Positions 60,910 through 64,000 of a stretch of DNA of 64,000 nt are shown one piece after another. Position numbers and translations under genes: made by a program. This DNA comes from the human T2T-CHM13v2.0 reference genome, Homo sapiens. Position 1 is the stretch's first letter. Each line of letters begins with the position of its first letter. The DNA is taken from positions 14,240,001 through 14,304,000 of the forward strand of contig CP068257.2 in the NCBI GenBank assembly GCA_009914755.4. Direction: 5' to 3'. The notes under the pieces were generated by a model that did not search any database, was not told where the DNA came from, and saw only the letters and a program-made list of their open reading frames with translations.

Positions 60910-62811
60910 AGTAAATCAACTACTGACCCTTATTTAGGCAGTGTGGTTTATATTCTGAAAATGACTCACAGATTTTGAAAAAATTACATAAAATTTTTAT
61001 AATTTTATAATTTTATTTCCGTCACACTTTCTCTGCATTTTTGCCATAAAATTTTCTTAAACTAAATGAATTTGAATAACTGCCCTGTGATTTACTTAGG
61101 AAAATTGCTTGTGTATCTGTTTCCTCATTTGTAAAATAAAAATAACAAAACCTTGTTCTTAAGATTGTTTAAAGGACTCAGTGAGAAACATTTGAAAGTC
61201 CCTATAATCTGGCAGATGTCAGAAATATGAGTTTCCTTCCTTTCTTGACACCAGTGAGTGTAACAGAAAAGTAATAGAAATAATGCTTTAGTTAATTTTG
61301 GTTAGAAATAACCATGACTTTTGTCTCTACAGATCCTTGAATAGATGAGTTTTAAAGTCTGATTCATTCTTTAAAGTCTTTATTAATTCAATGGCATAAT
61401 AAAAACCTCACAGATAGAAGCCATCTTTTTATATCTCGCATTTTGATACCGTATCAAACCATTTTCCAGGTACCATTTAACTCACTCAATTGAGAAAGAC
61501 TGCATGCCTAGATTGCTGAAGACTTTTATTCCTTTCACAATCAGTTAACATTGGGAAGAAGTGCTTCGCAATAGTATACATGATGTAGTGTAAGGTAGAA
61601 TAGCACTTAACCATGGCATAAATTCAATTATAATGTGTCTTATATTATAAGGTATAACTAGGCAAAAATTAGATTCTAATTTTAGTTTATATAATTACTG
61701 TGATAAAAGATGTATTATAATGTTTAAGTACTGAGATTTTTTTTCTGGGTTTTTGCATTCCGATTCTCTATTATAGTTTTTTCTTCCCGTGGTGGTTTTC
61801 TGTCCTATCCTCCCTTTATAAAGTTGCAATACACATTTTAAAATGCAATTTCTGCATAGTTCCATTTTCTATGAAAGAGCAAACAGTTCAGCTAGGAAAA
61901 GAGAACAATATCAGCCTTTAGATAGTGTGGGCAAAACTGAGAGTCACTTCCCTTTCAGCTCAGCTTTGATTTCAAGTTACTTAAACTCTACCTGAAAACG
62001 CTTTTGTGTCATATACTTGTACGATGTAAATATCATCCAAATTAAAAATGTTAAAGCCTCAATGTCTTCTTTAAGTATTTATGAAAATAAAACAAGAAAC
62101 TATTTCTGATTATATTATCAATATTGAAAAGGAATGGTCAGTAAATATATGACATTTTATAGTCTTTGATCAAGAAAAGAGGAAGGTAATTTGAAAGTGT
62201 TTGTGTTGTATTTCTAACCTTATCTGCTGGAATTTATGTGTTATCTGTTGGAATTGCCAGCATATATAAGGCTATATGTTTTAAATAGCTGATTTGTTAA
62301 AGAGCCATCGAAAATATGAGTTTGAAAATAACAAAGGAATTTAATACTACTTAATAAATATTTTAGGGTTAAAAATAAGTGTTACATTTTCTTTAGTGGC
62401 ATATTTAAAAAGTTTCATCTCTTATTTATATCTCACAGTTTCAACACTTTACTGCAAACTTTAAATACTCATGGCAGGAACTTAGCATGAACAAAACAGT
62501 TTGCATGTCCTTATTTCCATGATAAACAAATTTTCCCAAGGCCCTTCTCTCTTTTCACAAAACTTAATTCATAGGGTATAACTTGATATCATTTGGCTTG
62601 ATATCATGTTCTATGTTTATCTTTTGTGAAGTTCCAGTCATATCTGAGTAAACATTTTCTCTCTTTTTAAAACCATTTGACAGAATTAAATGCACTGGGT
62701 TTTTATTCCTTCAATGTGTTATCACAATCTTTTTTTAAAAACTTATTCGATATCTAAGATCTGATGTACTTTAAGAAGTTCTTTTATTTGTGTTTTTGGT
62801 AATCTGTTTGT

Positions 62812-62842
62812 GTGTGTGCATGTGTTTTGTTTGTTTGTTTGT
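62812..62842. repeat. short (GTTT)n microsatellite, ~5 units, preceded by (TG)n
   Basis: 'gtgtgtgtgcatgtgttttgtttgtttgtttgtttt'. Confidence 0.6.
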
Positions 62843-64000
62843 TTTAGCAAAACCTAAAAACTTCTTTGACTAAAAGAAACTTGCCTTGACAATAAATAAA
62901 AGATTATTTAGCTCTTATTCAAATTTTAAAAAACAAGTTTTGAAGTCAGTCCTTTTTATTCTGTTATTTGGTAATTATAGTAATACATTAAATTAATTCA
63001 GTCTTTATTTAGATTTTAGAGGACTCTTAGAAGTATTCCTTTTTTAAAACATGCACACTTTTTATGGTCATTATGGCTATTTTGTAATAAAGAAATGAAA
63101 GTGTGACTTGTTTGTAGTTACATAGTCCTGATTAGTGGAAAACCGGTCCTCCGATTCTCAAATCACCTCTTTCCACAAGACTTCACTGCCACGTCTGACC
63201 TCCAACTTGTTTTTGTTGCAAAATTTCCTTTTCATGTCGCCGGGTAAGCAAGGGTAACATAGCTCTCTGTGTTTTTGCAGCTTAGGGAAGTGAAATGAAG
63301 GGGTCATCAGAGTCAAGATGACAGTGGGATACTTAGTGCTTTCCTCATCAGGCTGCAGGTTAGCCCTTTCAGCCCTGCTGCCTTTGAAAACACACTTGAA
63401 AGTAACCCCTTCCACTCCAAGTGTTCAAAGATGAGCAAATCTTGTGGCGTTTACTAAACATAAAGAGTCATCAGCTTTACATGATCAGTTTGCAAAGAGA
63501 AAAGGGTGTGTAAGAGAAAAGAGTGTGTGTTAATGTGTCTCTTATGGCTTTCAGAATGTGGTGAAAAAGAAAACATGTAATCACAAGTAATTAATAAATA
63601 TCTATGCAGATAAAGGAGATAACAAATGGATAAGGGGGTGATTAGTGGTTACCCTGTTTTCTTTTGTCTCAATTATTAAAAAAAGTTTTTTTCATAAATA
63701 AATGGAAGAGCATATTAAAATTTCTCCACAATTATTTTCAACCCTCAAACTGTATTGTTAGGAAAGTATTTTTATAAAACCAGTAAAGGCACTAGAACTT
63801 GTTTACAGAACTAACCTATTTAGAATGAATACTACAAAAACATGCAAAAGAAATGTGTATTGTTCTGAAACTAAAGCTCAGGAACAATATAAATGAAGAA
63901 ACATCAAAGTAAGAAATGTTATCTCAACCAAATATGAGTCACTTACCATAACTTTGCCTATTGGATTTTAAAACTAGGGTTCTCTCACGTGTGGGTAGCA

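Overview
This window is human (catarrhine primate) nuclear DNA. The dense Alu and L1 content makes that unambiguous. It is AT-rich and dominated by transposable elements. I count at least 11 Alu copies. One ~6.2-kb full-length young L1PA is nested inside an older 5'-truncated L1PA. There is a near-full-length older L1P (L1PB-like) element and several L1M/L1P 3' fragments, one of which carries an AluY insertion. There are ERVL-MaLR LTRs, including a complete THE1/MST-like LTR-int-LTR element nested inside a solo LTR. There is also a MIR, and (CA)n and (TATATG)n microsatellites. I see no convincing protein-coding exon, rRNA or tRNA gene, or CRISPR array. The long ORFs in the six-frame track are L1 ORF1/ORF2 remnants, Alu-derived reading frames or microsatellite artefacts. 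I found no new gene cassette, defence system or other novel system here, and nothing prokaryotic. The structures worth a second look are the nested L1-in-L1 insertion with a candidate 3' transduction, a head-to-head inverted Alu pair about 52 bp apart, a nested MaLR insertion that creates abutting inverted LTRs, a free Alu monomer with perfect target-site duplications (TSDs), a CpG-retaining LTR-like segment, an unclassified tandem-repeat block, and a duplicated ~95-bp module. All coordinates are read by eye and are approximate to roughly ±10 bp. Family and subfamily names come from remembered consensus motifs, not from a database search.
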